This document shows positions 1 through 14,215 of a stretch of 64,000 nt of DNA, in pieces; the first letter of the stretch is position 1, and every line of letters begins with the position of its first letter. Position numbers and translations under genes: made by a program. The stretch comes from Squalus acanthias (taxonomy: Eukaryota), in NCBI GenBank assembly GCA_030390025.1, contig CM059431.1, positions 99,202,001 through 99,266,000 of the forward strand, given 5' to 3'. Below the pieces are notes generated by a model. That model searched no databases and was not told the origin of the DNA. It saw nothing but the letters and a program-made list of their open reading frames with translations.

Positions 1-905
1 GTTACCCAACAAAAATCTATCGATCTCAGTCTTAAAAGCTCCAATTGACCCCCAGCCTCAACAGCCTTTTGGGGAAGCAAGTTCTGGATTTCCGCTACCC
101 TTTGTGTGAAGAAGTACTTCCTGTCATCACCCCTGAACGGCCTGGCTCTAATTTTAAGGTGATGCCACCTCGTTCTGGATCCCCCCCCCCCCCCCAACAG
201 AGGAAATAGTTTCTCTCTCTACCTCATCAACTTCTTTAATCATCTTAAACACCTCAACTAGATCACCCTTTAATCTTCTATACACAAGGGAGTATAAGCC
301 TGTCTGTGCAACCTATCCTCGTAATTTAATCCTTTTAGCCCCGGTATCATTCTGATGAATCTGCGCTGCCCCCCCTCCAAGGCCAATATATCCTTCCTGA
401 GTTGTGGTGCCCAGAACTGAACGCGTATATTGGCCTTGGAGGGGATGCAGCACAGATTCACCAGAATGATACCGGGGCTAAAAGGGTTAAATTATTAGGA
501 CAGGTTGCATAGACTAGGCTTGTATTCCCTTGGGTATAGAAGATTGAGGGGTGATCTGATCGAGGTGTTTAAAATGTTAAGGGAATTCGACAGGGTAGAT
601 AGAGAGAAACTATTTCCTGTGATGGGGGAATCAAGAACAAGGCAACATAATCTTAAAATTAGAGCTAGGTCATTTAGGAGGGAGATCAGGAAGCACTTCT
701 TCACACAAAGGGTAGTAGAAATCTGGAACTCTCTTCCCCCAAAAGGCTGTGGAACAATTAGAGCTTTCAAGTCTGAATTAGATAGATTTTTGTTGGGTAA
801 GGGTATCAAGGGATGTGGAGCAAAGGCAGGTAAATGGAGTTGAGGTACAGATCAACCATGACCTAATTGCTCGAGGGGCTGAATGGCCTCCTCCTGTTCC
901 TATGA
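1..905. mobile_element. Two CR1 3' fragments in inverted orientation (1-421 minus, 425-905 plus)
   Basis: LYSLGYRRLRGDLIEVFK... on the plus strand; the reverse complement of the same region lies to the left. Confidence 0.8.
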
Positions 906-1954
906 GTCCTGAAGAGGAAAATGTCCTTCCATATGGCCCAATTGTGTTAGATTCAATTATGAAGAGTGTCCTGAGGATCAAGCTGCACATTTTAGATGCA
1001 GTATTTATGACAGACTTTCTATCTGTAAATAGTAGCATCAAACTATTGTGAAACTTTCAATGAACAGAACCTGCATCTTTGATTGCTTTTCTGAAATAAA
1101 AAGGGCAGCTTAATAAAGAAATATCAAGAGTACAATAATATTTACTTCATACAAGCTGACTGAGTTGGTAGCTCGCCACTAATAACTTGTAAACAAAACA
1201 ATATTTATATTCAAGCACGGGACAAGTAAAGATCAGGGGTCAAATACAAAGATAAAAAACTGCAAATGATCGAAACTTGAAACAGAAAATGCTGGAAATA
1301 CACGGCAGGGTAGTCAGTACCCTGAAAGTGAAAGGAGAAGTTAATGTTTCCAATTAACTCTTTTTCAAAACTGAAAGATAAGAAAGCACTTTGATAGGAA
1401 CTGGAGGGGGAAAAAAAACCATCGTAAGGGGAGAATACAGCAGTCCGAAAGGCAATGGGGCGAATAATTAGGTTAGGATTGCTGGTAGGTAGGGAGTTAT
1501 GGGTAGGGTGAGGGTTTACGGGGAGGGATATGATTATGCGTAGGGATAGGGTTCGTTTTACTATGAATGGCCACATTTATTCCAGAAAGAGTCTAATTTG
1601 ATTGCATTGAGTGAAATATATAAGGGGTGAAATTCATCTTTGGCCTCGGTTAGACTCTTTACCCCCCCCCCACTTGATTTTCCTTTCCATCAACTTCCAT
1701 GAAAAGGAAATCGACCGAGGGGGGGGGGGGGAGGAGATGGAGTCTGCCACCACTAGTTCTGTGCCCCCGCCAGTTAATTTTCACTCCCATAGTCTCCTCC
1801 TCTTAATTCAGGGGATCCAAATGATTTAGCACAACATTCTCCCTTTGTTGCATTATTTACATTGCTTAATTAAAATGATTGTACTGGGTTGGTCAGATAT
1901 GAAAAGCCTGCATTCAGTGGACTTCAGGGCCAAAAATACAGACATGGGTAATTT

Positions 1955-2550
1955 TACCTCAGCTGGAGTATTGTGTCCAATTCTGGGCACCGCACTTTAG
2001 GAAGGATGTCAAGGCCTTGGAGAGGGTGCGGAGGAGATTTACCGGAATGGTTCCAGGGATGAGGGACTTCAGTGATGTGGAGAGACTGGAGAGGCTAGGA
2101 TTGTTCTCCTTAGAGCAGAGAAGGTTAAGAGGAGATTCAATAGAGGTGTTCAAAATTATGAGGGGTTTTAATAGATTAGATAGGGAGACACTGTTTCTAC
2201 TGGCAGGAGGGTCGGTAACCAGAGGACACAGATTTAAGATAATTGACAAAAAAGCCAGGGGAGATGAGAATATTTTTTACGCAGCGAGTTGTTGTGATCT
2301 GGAATGCGCTGCCTGAAAGGGCGGTGGAAACAGATTCAATAGTAACTTTCAAAAGGGAATTGAAACTCTACTTAAAAGGGAATTGAATCTCTACTGTATA
2401 TAGCACTTTTAATGTAGTAAAACATCCCAAGGCGCTTCACAGGAGTGTTATGGGGAGAGAGCAGGGGGGAGTGGGACTAATTGGAGAGCTCTTTCAAAGA
2501 GCCGGCACAGGCACGATGGGCCGAATGGCTTCCTTCTGTGCTGTGTAATT
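1955..2550 (+). mobile_element. CR1 3' fragment (similar fragments at about 16700-17125, 17895-18460, 22510-23040, 25838-26480, 27265-27730, 41300-41845, 43270-43700, 44995-45370, 53565-53975)
   Basis: RT C-terminal LEQRRLRGD motifs and CR1-type 3' stem-loop tails. Confidence 0.8.
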
Positions 2551-3932
2551 ATATTAGAAATTTTGCTCAAATAAATCGCAGATCCCATGTCCCTGTGCAA
2601 CACAACACCAGCAACTATGGGGATAACCTTGAGAAATTCATGGCACACTTACAGCAAAATATGGCATCAACTAAAATAAAAACAAAGTGCTGGAAATGCA
2701 CAGCAGATCCAACGGAATCTGTAAAGAGAAAAGACAAGTTAATGTTTCAGGTGTTGACTAGATCGGATGAGTGGTCCACACCCAAGAGTCTTCTCCCTTT
2801 ACAGAGACGTTTGGACCGGTCGAGCATTTCTAGTATTTCTGTGTTTTCATTTCAAATTTTCAGTTTCCTTTTTTATACTTTGTTTCCTACATCAGTTAAG
2901 TGAAATCGATAAACAGGATGCGCCTCTGATTACAGACATGCCCTTGAGTAACAGGTATGGGCACATTTGACTTTGTAGCAGTTCCCAAGACTTAACAGCT
3001 CAGGTGTTCCGCAAAAGTTATGAAGGGCTTTTATCTTTTGAATCAAGGAGCTCACTTCAAATTCATTTTTATTCAATCGTCAAGGTTAGAGCAACCTTTG
3101 GTACACCATAATTCATGTGTAGCTTTGTGTATCTATATGTGTGTGTATGTATGTGTATCCGAGTGTGTATGTATGTGAGTGCGTTTGTGTGTGTGTGTGT
3201 GAGAGAGCGTGTGCGTATTAAGTTGAGACAATAGAGATGATTAATTAACATGGATCACAGTTTATTATCTACTGTATAAAAATATTCTAGCCACATTCTT
3301 TTTTGGGGGCGACACGGACCAACCTCCTCATCCTGCAATAAACACTGTTAGATGTTCAACCCTAAAATGTCTGCCTGTATACTTCATTTGGTAATTTAAT
3401 ACATAGAATGCAAGATTATACAATACAGTTGGGACACACACACACATACAAAATAGGGCACAAGGTTGAGATTGAAAACAAAATCTGGGAGATGGGCAGT
3501 TAACAGTGAGTGCAGCCAGAAACCAGTCAAGTTGGGAGTGTAAAGAAAGTTGAGCTCAATAAAAGGATACAACCTGTTCATTCAGAATATTAAAGCTTTG
3601 CCATCACACTTTGTTGTTGAATTTAATGTCTGCTAAAGCTCTGATTAAAAGTTCATGATTTCTACACGCGAGTTTTGCAGAAAAAATATTTAAATTGGAC
3701 CCTTTCAGTTTTTTCAAAAAATACAGAACTACCATCATAAAAGTCAGAGTAATAAAGAACTTGGGGATACCAGACACTAGAAAACTGGGCCCTTTTAGAT
3801 CTTGCAAAGAATCCAGACCCACCTGAGGTGGACACAGGTGGCATACAATGCAGGTACAGTCGATGTTTCCATTTAGTGCAGACGATGCTTTTGTGAAAAC
3901 AATCTGGAGATCATAATTGACACAGAACTTCA

Positions 3933-3938
3933 TTTATT
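3933..3938 (-). terminator. Candidate polyadenylation signal AATAAA for GPR89 (alternative at 3068-3073)
   Basis: AATAAA on the minus strand about 750 nt downstream of the stop; no transcript data. Confidence 0.35.
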
Positions 3939-4688
3939 GAAACAATTCGAGACATACACTGGATGATACACTCCACGTATCAGAAGCCTGAATCGAGGGA
4001 GGCTGCCTACAGAAGTCGATAGCGCAACAATCTTGCTGGCATCACCACTTCAACAAGAAACTAAACTTCAACGGCTCTGGAAACTACAGGTGCAAGATCA
4101 GTGGTGGCGAGCTGGGTCTCATTAAAATTCACCATTCCGTCCGTCCCAGTGAAAAGATCTCTCAGAAATTTTACAAAGTGGGAAATTCCTACGCAAAATT
4201 ACTAAGGCTTTGAGGTTATCTGCTGATGGGAATCGAGGGTAAATTTTATAGACGCACACTCCCAGTCTGGAGACTTACTCACTGGGAGCACACATTGGAA
4301 AATTGCAGGCATACTTCATGTATTTTATCCTCCATTAAAATGAACGGAAAATTTATCCCTTAAAGTTTTTTTTAAACAGTACTTACTAAACAAAAACCTT
4401 CTAACATCGATGGCAGCTTTCAAAAAAACCGAGTTGTTCTGTGATTTTAATTCAGAAATAATTGTAAACTTTAGCGGTGATTCTGTTTCTGGTATGAATC
4501 CAAACTAAACGCTGTAGAAGTGAAATCTTTCATATCCCTTACATCAAATCCCCAAGCAGGCTTCTGTATATTGTCTTTTCTCGCGTCTTCTCAACAGACG
4601 AACGCTCGATTTTGACGGACGTTTAAGGTCCAGTGGTTTATAAAGTGGATGTGAACACAAAAGCAGAGTGCCCGGGTCGGCAGTGGTT

Positions 4689-4895
4689 TTAAAAACTCAT
4701 GTGCTTTTCCGGGGCTTGTTTGTGCGCCAGGTAGAGGAAGACGATGCTGGACAGCGCGCTGACTAGGAAGATGACGTCAAACCAGCGGTGGTAGAAATTG
4801 AACTGCAGTTCTCCCAGGACCTCAGTGACAATGGTGCGATATTCAAGGGGCATGCTCATTCTCATCAGCAACACCGATGACACAAAATACATACC
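4689..4895 (-). CDS. GPR89: GPR89 exon 14, coding part ([20 protein letters not shown]...[11 protein letters not shown])
   Basis: CAG acceptor, TAA stop; all 14 exons total 1368 nt = 455 aa plus stop. Confidence 0.97.
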   Translation of the reverse strand, partial: GMYFVSSVLLMRMSMPLEYRTIVTEVLGELQFNFYHRWFDVIFLVSALSSIVFLYLAHKQAPEKHMSF

Positions 4896-5985
4896 CTGTG
4901 CCAAGAGACAGCATGAGAGGGTAAAAATATGAACATCGGGACATTCTGCACATCAGAATAAATTTTAGTAAATAGATGTTAAAATATATAATGCTACTGT
5001 TCATTCTCTGTGGTGTTGTGTGTGTTTGGAGTCAAGACCGAGGTTCGAAGCCACGGGGTATTTGGATCAGATGTAATTCGGTCCCCATTTTAAAGTCATA
5101 TCTTCTGCCCTTATCTTTATTCTCCATTATAAGTTACTCTGCTAAATGTTAAAATGTAAACTGCCTCAACGTGTCACTCTACAATTACACACTCCCACCA
5201 CTTGAGTGCAGTGCCTCCACTGGGTGAGGCTGTAATTACAGCGTGACAAGTTTACATAGACAATTCCCAATATAAATGTTGACTTAAGAATTTATAATGG
5301 GAACAGTTTGCAAAAAGTGCACACAGATGTTTCAATTGCTAAAACTTTATAGATAAGCGTGATTTCTGTATCTGAACATTAACTAGAACAGCAGCCATTC
5401 ATGCAACAGACATATGATACACTCAACGATCGCAAGATGTTCCCCTCCCTTAAAAAACATTCATGTTAGAATTCAGACATCAGGTAAAAGTACCTATGAT
5501 ACAACATTAGAATAGGTTTCAGTGAAATTGGTCATGGGGTTCTCTGCAATGTTTAACATCTCATCCGAAAGTCGTCTCATTCGAAAGACGGCACCTCCGA
5601 CAGTGCAGCACTCCCTCAGTACTGCACTAGGAGGATCAGCCTAGATTATGTGCTCATGTCTCTGGAGTGGGTCTTGAACCTGTGAGAGACTCAGAGATGA
5701 GAGTGCTACCCACTGAGCTACGGCTGACACCCAATATTAGGTTAGCTACAATGATTCCTATATTCTGCCCCAGCACCAGAAGATCTGCCTGACTTTTAAA
5801 TTTCCCAAACCAGCCCATGTTCCGCACTGAATTGAGTGTAATTCCGTTCTGGGAACTGCGTTGCAATCGCCCAAACTCATTTCACATAGGACTCTTACAG
5901 CAGCAGACGGAAGAGACTTTTGCCCCCTCAGCTCGGGCTGGCTGTAAACCACTGCACCAACAAGCCCACCACCATAATTACTTAC

Positions 5986-6051
5986 CATAATCTGTGCGAG
6001 GACCAGTACTATAACATTGGAAGATTTATTGCTGGAGATTGCATAAAAGAA
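5986..6051 (-). CDS. GPR89: GPR89 exon 13 (FFYAISSNKSSNVIVLVLAQIM)
   Basis: TAG acceptor, GTAAGT donor, 66 nt. Confidence 0.96.
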
Positions 6052-6185
6052 CTAGGAGAGAAAGAAAACAAATGTTAAATTAAAACTGACCAAAGGCGTG
6101 GAGAGAAGATTTACCGGAACGGTACCAGGGATGAGGCTGTGGTACAGAGACTGGAGAAGCTGGGATTGGTCACCTTTGAGCAGAG

Positions 6186-7393
6186 AACATAAGAAATAGG
6201 AGCAGGAGTAGGCCAATCGGCCCTTCGAGCCTGCTCCGCCATTCAATAAGATCATGGCTGATCTGATCCTCACCTCAAATCTAAAGAACACAAGAAGTAG
6301 GAGCAGGACCTGGCCACTCAGCCCCTGGGCCCGCTACGCCACCCACAGGGCCTCGACCGATCCGAACTCAGCCTCATGTCCAATTTCCTGCCCGCTCCCC
6401 GTAACCCCTAATTCCCTTTACTTCTAGGAAACTGTCTATTTTTGTTTTAAATTTATTTAATGATGTAGCTTCCACAGCTTCCTGGGGCAGCAAATTCCAC
6501 AGACCTACTACCCTCTGAGTGAAGAAGTTTCTCCTCATCTCAGTTTTGAAAGAGCAGCCCCTTATTCTAAGATTATGCCCCCTAGTTCTAGTTTCACCCA
6601 TCCTTGGGAACATCCTTACCGCATCCACCCGATCCAGCCCCTTCACAATCTTATATGTTTCAATAAGATCGCCTCTCACTCTTCTGAACTCCAATGAGTC
6701 CCAATCTACTCAATCTCTCCTCATATGTCCACCCCCTCATCCCCGGGATTAACCGAGTGAACCTTCTTTGTACTGCCTCGAGAGCAAGTATGTCTTTTCT
6801 TAAGTATGGACACCAAAACTGTATGCAGTATTCCAGGTGCGGTCTCACCAATACCTTATATAACTGCAGCAATACCTCCCTGTTTTTATAATCTATCCCC
6901 CTAGCAATAAAAGCCAACATTCCGTTGGCCTTCTTGATCACCTGCTGCACCTGCATACTAACTTTTTCATTTTCTTGCACTAGGACCCCCAGATCCCTTT
7001 GTACTGCAGTACTTTCCAGTTTCTCGCCATTAAGATAATAACTTGCTCTCTGATTTTTCTTGCCAAAGTGCATAACCTCACATTTTCCAATATTGTATTG
7101 CATCTGCCAAATCTCCGCCCACTCACCCAGCCTGTCTATATCCCCTTGCAGGTTTTTTATGTCCTCCTCACTTTCTACTTTCCCTCCCATCTTTGTATCA
7201 TCTGCAAACTTTGATATGTTACACTCGGTCCCCTCCTCCAAATCGTTAATATAGATTGTAAAGAGTTGGGGACCCAGCACCGACCCTTGCGGAACACCAC
7301 TGGCTACTGGTTGCCAGTCCGAGAATGAACCATTTATCCCAACTCTCTGCTTCCTGTTAGGTAACCAATCCGCCACCCATGCCAGAATATTCC
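6186..7393 (-). mobile_element. 5'-truncated CR1 LINE related to 11880-13820, frameshifted near 6695, inserted in an older CR1 fragment
   Basis: GVPQGSVLGP/KFADD ORF pieces 6660-7376 and 6374-6694; same doubled 3' UTR. Confidence 0.9.
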
Positions 7394-7619
7394 CAGAAGG
7401 TCAAGATTCAATAGAGGTGATCAACATTACCGTTCAAATGATCCATCACCACCTTCTCAGGGGCAACTAGGGATGGGCAATAACTGCAGCCTTGCCAGTG
7501 ATGCCCACATCCCAAGAATGAGTTAATAAAAACAGCTGTACTATATTAACTCTGAGGCAATGTACAGTTACGCAGAAACAAAATGCCTGAAGGCCACAGT
7601 GTTCAGAGAGAGACCGAGA

Positions 7620-7772
<153 letters not shown>

Positions 7773-8464
7773 CGCGCATGCGTCTTTCTCTTTCACTGCT
7801 CTCCCCTTTTTGGTTTTCTGTCTCTGTGCTGTTCTGGTTCCGTATCTTGCTTATATTTTTGCCTCTTTCTCTCCTCCTGCTTCTATCTCGGACTTCTTCT
7901 GGTTCTCTCCTCTTTTCTTCTCTCACTCGCTCATGTTCTGATTCTCTCCTCTTTGTCTTCTCTCACTCTCTCATGTTCTGGTTCTCTCCCCTTCTCCCTG
8001 TTTCTTTTTGTCCATTTCTTTTCTCTTCCTCTGTGCGTGCGTTCAGGTGGGTTGGCAGGCGATGGAGGTGGGATCCAGCAAAGGTGCAGGTGGGTTCTGG
8101 GGGTGACGGGGAGAGGGATCTGGCCAGGGGCGTAGGCTGGCATCGAGGAAGGGGATCAGGTTCCATCCAAAAAAAACAAAAGTCCAGCTCCTGGCGCTAT
8201 GGTGCAGGGTGCCACCCCTACCTTAGAGACACAAATTGGGAGCTGGAAGGACTGAAAGTTAAGGATGTAGTAAGTATATTGTGAACTCTGCTATATTTCA
8301 AAGCTGACCACCAGCTGTGACAGCTAAGCATGACAGAAATAGCATGAATTGTGCACTATAAGCAAGGCATTTAATAGATTAATAGAAATTATATAATAAA
8401 TGCAGCTTTTCCTTACATTGAATAAAAACATGTGGTAAAAGCTAAATTTAACTCTTGTACATAC

Positions 8465-8554
8465 CTTGGTGAGCGTTATTAACAAGCCCCGAATGGAGGT
8501 GACGATAATAATTCCAACAAGTATAAAGGAGATATGTTGAGACCAAAACTTCAC
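8465..8554 (-). CDS. GPR89: GPR89 exon 12 (VKFWSQHISFILVGIIIVTSIRGLLITLTK)
   Basis: CAG acceptor, GTATGT donor, 90 nt. Confidence 0.97.
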
Positions 8555-8727
8555 CTGCATTCAAAGGAAACCGACATGTAAATACTTACTTGAAATCAGA
8601 ACATTACCCCATTCCACTCAGAAACGAAGAGCCGTGAGAGAATGTACAATATGTTAAACAGAGATAATGTTATGTCAGTGAAAATGAGCTGATGCCTGGA
8701 TTATTTTTCATATAATGTATTTATAGA

Positions 8728-9493
8728 ACTCCCTCAGTACTGCCCCTCCGACAGTGCGGCGCTCCCTCAGTACTGCCCCTCCAACAGTGCGGCACTCCCT
8801 CAGTACTACCCCTCCGACAATGCGGCACTCCCTCAGTACTGCCCCTCTGACAGTGCAGCGCTCCCTCAGTACCGCCCCTCCGACAATGCGGCGCTCCCTC
8901 AGTACTGCCCCTCCGACAGTGTAGTGCTCCCTCAGTACCGCCCCTCCGACAGTGCGGCACTCCCTCAGTACCGCCCCTCCGACAGTGCGGCACTCCCTCA
9001 GTACTACCCCTCCGATAATGCGGCGCTCCCTCAGTACTGCCCCTCCGACAGTGCGGCGCTCCCTCAGTACTGCCCCTCCGACACTCCCTCAGTACTGCCC
9101 CTCCGACAGTGCGGCACTCCCTCAGTACTGCTCCTCCGACACTCCCTCAGTACTGCCCCTCCGACAGTGCGGCGCTCCCTCAGTACTGCCCCTCCGACAG
9201 TGCGGCGCTCCCTCAGTACTGCCCCTCCGACAGTGCGGCACTCCCTCAGTACTACCCCTCTGACAGTGCGGCACTCCCTCAGTACTGCCCCTCCGACAGT
9301 GCAGTGCTCCATCAGTACTGCCCCTCCGACAGTGCGGCACTCCCTCAGTACCGTCCTTCCGACAGTGCAGCTCTCCCTCAGTACTGCACTGGGAGAGTGA
9401 GCCTGGATTATGCGCTCAAGTCCCTGGATTGGGGCTTTGAACCCACGACCTTCTGAGTCAAAGGCGAGAGTGCCACCCACTGAGCCACGGCTG
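8728..9493 (-). repeat. SINE head plus 30-bp minisatellite array
   Basis: Same unit in reverse orientation at 8728-9385; tRNA-like head at 9390-9493. Confidence 0.9.
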
Positions 9494-10114
9494 GGTTATT
9501 AAGGGGCCAATGGTTGTGCAACTTTCAATGCCAGGGCAATGTGGTGAAGTAATTCAAAAAAGGATAATAAAATATTCGCACAGCCAGAATATAGCTTTTG
9601 TGAATTAGATGAAGCATGAAGCTTTGAACAATGCATCATAAATTCAGGCGTGTACATTAATATTGGTGAATGAAAAATCTTATGGGCCCCACGGACTCCC
9701 ACACCAAAATTCCCAGCGTGTTCCCAGCACGTGATGCTCCGTGCCAGAAGCACAAATTCGTATTATAGACATTAAGCTTAGACTTTAAGATGGGCTGGCC
9801 AGTCTAAACTTAAAATACCATATTCCGTCACGCAACAGCAGCGAGTCCTCGTGTAAGGGGATGAGCTATGAGCAAAGATTAGAAACGCTTAAACATTGCA
9901 ATCGAAAAGGGAGATGCTTGAGTGGTACTGGTAAGGCAAACCCAGAGTATTTCAAAGTACGCCCAGTAACTAGGACCTAAAGGACATAGCTGAACATCAA
10001 CGCATAGCAAATTTAGAAGAGGTATTAGAGAAAAAAAAAAATATTTGGAACAACCTATGAAATGTGCTAACAGGATTACTCAAAGTACATTTAGATGACA
10101 TGATTTAAAAAAAA

Positions 10115-10540
10115 TTTGTTCCTGGGATGTGGGCGTCGCTGGCAACGCTGGCATTTATTGCCCATCTCTAATTGCCCTTGATAAGGTGGTGGCGAGCTGC
10201 TGCAGTCCGTGTGGTGAGTTTCAGGATTCTGACCCAGCGACGATGAAGGAACGGCCAATATATTTCCAAGTCAGGATGGTGTGCGACTTGGAGGGGACCA
10301 TGGAGGTGGTGGTGTTCCCATGCGTCTGCTGCCCTTGTCCTTCTAGGTGGTAGAGGTCACGGGTTTGGGAGGTGCTGCCGAAGAAACCTTGGCGAATTGC
10401 TGCAGTGCATCTTGTAGATGGTACACACTGCAGCCACGGTACGCCGGTGGTGGAGGGAGTGAAAGTTTAAGGTGGTGGATGGGGTGCCAATCAAGCGGGC
10501 TGCTGTGTCTTGGATGGTGTCGAGCTTCTTGAGCGTTGTA
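10115..10540 (-). mobile_element. 3' fragment of another LINE family (tail also seen at about 7435-7520 and 57635-57680)
   Basis: LDTIQDTAARLI...HSLHHRRTVAAVC RT C-terminal-like peptide; recurring GGGCAATAAATGC...CCCACATCCC tail. Confidence 0.65.
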
Positions 10541-11751
10541 CTAGAAAATTTCATGGACTAGAAGGTTAACCTTTGTTTCTTATTCCTGACTTTTCTTATG
10601 TTGTCAGGCATGGAAAGTGAAAGAACAGTGTCCTCACGTACTGGGCCACCCACACTCAATGTGAGGGTTTATGTGGCATTGACGCAGCATAATTAAATTG
10701 CCATGTTATACACTGTTAATTTGCTTCTGAGAATTGTCTTTGCCCTCCTAAATGTCAAGCAGGTTACTTCGATTGCAGGTCAATGCTGTATGAAGGACAT
10801 TGCTGAGACAACTATCTGTTTTGAGATGAGGCGCAATACAAGGTCGATTGCAGAGGGAATTGAAATGTTGCAGAATTATATTTTTCTCTCGAAACTGAGC
10901 TCAGTTCCTTAAAAGAAATGCAACAAATAAAGAAGCGAAAACTACCAACTTCTTTTATGAAATGTTAACGCATGCAGTTATGACACTCCCTCCTCTTCAG
11001 TCAGTTTGTTTGGATTCTGTGAGCCTGGAGGTTTTCAAAGGGCCGTTGCCTCACTGGGGGAGACATCTCTGGCAAAAGAACCAGGGGGGAGATGAGGAGA
11101 CAATTTACGCAGCGAGTTGTGGTGATCTGGAATGCGCTGCCTGAAAGGGCGGTGAAAGCAGATTCAATAGTAACTTTCAAAAGGGAATTGGATAAATGCT
11201 TGGAAGGGGAGAAAATGTACAGGGCTATAGGGAAAGAGCAGGGGGACTAATGGGAGCAGGGACAGGCATGATGGGTCGAATGGCCTCTTTTTGTGCTGTA
11301 AGATTCTGTTCCACATCAGAATCTCAAGATCTGTCAGCACCAATAGCTTGAGATGTGGGTAACTTAATGAAGACATGATTAAAATTTTGTATGCGGCCCC
11401 CATGATATGCACCCATGCAGCCTACAAATACAAAACTTCAGTGCTCATGTACTGGAGTGACTTTCACAGCCAAATGGCTTTTCCCTCATTCCTGAACTCA
11501 CAGGAACAGGAGGAGGCCATTTAGCCCCTTGAGCCTGTTCCGCCAACGCAATGAGATCATGGCTGATCTGCGACCTAACTCCATCTACCTGCCTTTGCCC
11601 CGTATCCCTTAATACCCTTGGTTAACAGAAAGCTATCAATCTGCGAGTTAAAATTAACAATTGACCCAGCATCAATTGCTGTTTGCAGAAGAGTTCCAAA
11701 CTTCTACCACCCTTTGCACGTAGAAATATATCCTAACCTCACTCCTGAAAG

Positions 11752-13924
11752 AAAAACAGAAAATGCTGGAAATGCTCAGCAGGTCAGGCAGCATCTGCGG
11801 AGAGAGAAACAGTTTCAGGTCGATGACATTTCGTCAGACCTTTCGTCATCGACCCGAAACGTTGACTCTGTTTCTCTCTGTTGGTCCCTTAGAGGATGAG
11901 ACCGGGAAATTAATGGTGGGAAATATGGAGATGGCAAAAACACTGAATGAATATTTTGTATCAGTCTTTACAGTAGAGGACACTAAGAATATCCCAACAC
12001 TGGACAAACAGGGGGCTATAGGGGGAGAGGAGCTAAACACGATCAAAATCACTAAGGAAGTGGTACTCGGTAAAATAATGGGACTCAAGGCGGATAAATC
12101 ACCTGGACCTGATGGCTTACATCCTAGAGTCTTGAAGGAAGTGGCGGTAGGGATTGTAGATGCATTGGTAATAATTTTTCAAAACTCCCTGGATTCCGCT
12201 AAGGTCCCGGCAGACTGGAAAACTGCTAATGTAACACCCTTATTTAAAAAGGGCAGTAGACAGAAGGCTGGTAACTATAGACCGGTTAGCCTAACATCTG
12301 TGGTAGGTAAAATTTTGGAGTCCATTATTAAGGAAACAGTAACAGGACATTTGGATAATCATAATTTAATAGGACAAAGTCAGCATGGTTTTACGAAGGG
12401 GAAGTCATGTTTGACAAATTTGCTGGAGTTCTTTGAGGAAGTAACATATAGAGTGGATAAAGGGGAACCAGTGGACGTAGTGTATTTAGACTTCCAAAAG
12501 GCATTTGACAAGGTGCCACACAAAAGATTATTGCTTAAGGTAAAAAATCACGGAATTGGGGGTAATATTCTGGCATGGATAGAGGATTGGCTATCTAACA
12601 GAAAGCAAAGAGTTGGGATAAATGGTTCATTCTCAGACTGGCAATCAGTAACTAGTGGTGTTCCACAGGGGTCAGTGCTGGGTCCCCAACTCTTCACAAT
12701 CTATATTAACGATTTGGAGGAAGGGACCAAGTGTAACATATCAAAATTTGCAGATGATACAAAGATGGGAGGGAAAGTAGTGAATGAGGAGGACATAAAA
12801 AACCTGCAAGGGGACATAGACAGGCTAAGTAAGTGGGCAGAGATTTGGCAGATGGAATACAACACTGGAAAGTGTGAGGTGATGCACTTTGGCAGGAAAA
12901 ATCCTAGAGCAATTTATTATCTTAATGGCAAGAAACTGGAGAGTACTGAAGTGCAAAGGGATCTGGGGGTCCTGGTGCACGAAACTCAAAAGGTTAGTAT
13001 GCAGGTGCAGCAAGTGATTAAGAAGGCAAATGGAATGTTGGCTTTCATTGCTAGGGGGATAGAATATAAAAATAGGGAGGTATTGCTTCAGTTGTACAAG
13101 GTATTGGTGAGACCGCACCTGGAATACTGCATACAGTTTTGGTGTCCTTACTTAAGGAAAGACATCCTTGCTCTCGAGGCAGTGCAAAAAAGGTTCATTC
13201 GGTTAATCCCGGGGATGAGGGGGTGGTCATATGAGGAGAGGTTGGGTAGATTGGGACTCTACTCATTGGAGTTCAGAAGAATGAGAGGCGATCTTATTGA
13301 AACATATAAGATTGTGAAGGGGTTGGATCGGGTGGATGCGGGGAGGATGTTCCCGATGACGGGTGAGACGAGAACTAGGGGACATAGTCTTAGAATAAGG
13401 GGCTGCTCTTTCAAAACTGAGATGAGGAGGAACTACTTCACTCAGAGGGTGGTAGGTCCATGGAATATGCTGCCACAAAAAGCTGTAGAAGCTACAACAT
13501 TAATTAAATTTAAAACAGAAATAGACAGTTTCCTAGAAGTAAAGGGCATTAAGGGTTACGGGGAGCGGGCAGGAATTTGGACATGAGTCTAGGTTCGGAT
13601 CGGTCATGGCCCTGTGGGTAGTGGAGCGGGCCCAGGGACTGTGTAGCCTGATTCTGCTCCTATTTCGTGTGTGCAATTCTGTTAGATGCAGGAGATGGTT
13701 CTGTGATAGATAGTAGATTGGCGGTTAGGATCAGATCAGCCATGATCTTATTGAATGGCGGAGCAGGCTCGAGGGGCCGATTGGCCTACTCCTGCTCCTA
13801 TTTCTTATGTTCTTATGTTCTCTCCACAGATGCTGCCTGACCTGCTGAGTGTTTCCAGCATTTTCTGTTTTTATTTCAGATTTCCAGCATCCTCAGTACA
13901 TTGCTTTAGTATTAGTGTTTTTTT
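11752..13924. mobile_element. Family B hairpin element split by a younger CR1 insertion
   Basis: Left part 11752-11879 and right part 13821-13924 rejoin as CTCTGTTTCTCT|CCACAGATGCTGCC; TSD TCACTCCTGAAAG at 11739-11751 and 13925-13937. Confidence 0.8.
11880..13820 (+). mobile_element. Young 5'-truncated CR1-clade LINE with intact RT reading frame (stop at 13586) and 3' UTR ending in (TTCTTATG)n
   Basis: KSPGPDG, NYRPVSLTS, QHGF, YLDFQKAFDKV, GVPQGSVLGP, KFADD motifs. Confidence 0.93.
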
Positions 13925-14215
13925 TCACTCCTGAAAGGTCTGGCTCTAATTCTTCGATTTGCCCCCTAGTCCGAGACTCCCCAACCCGCGGAAACAGTTT
14001 CACTCTATTCATGCTCGTATCTCTACTATGGACAACTCGATGAAAAGTGGCAGGCGTGAGACAGTAGATGTTAAGCGACAGCTGATCATGTTTAAGAATC
14101 AGAACAGTAGGGATTCAACCAGTGTTATTTACTGTCATCACAACAAGACCATCCTTAAAAGAACGATTCCAAGAGCCAGAAATCGGGTGCCACATTGGGC
14201 AATACTTTTACTTAC

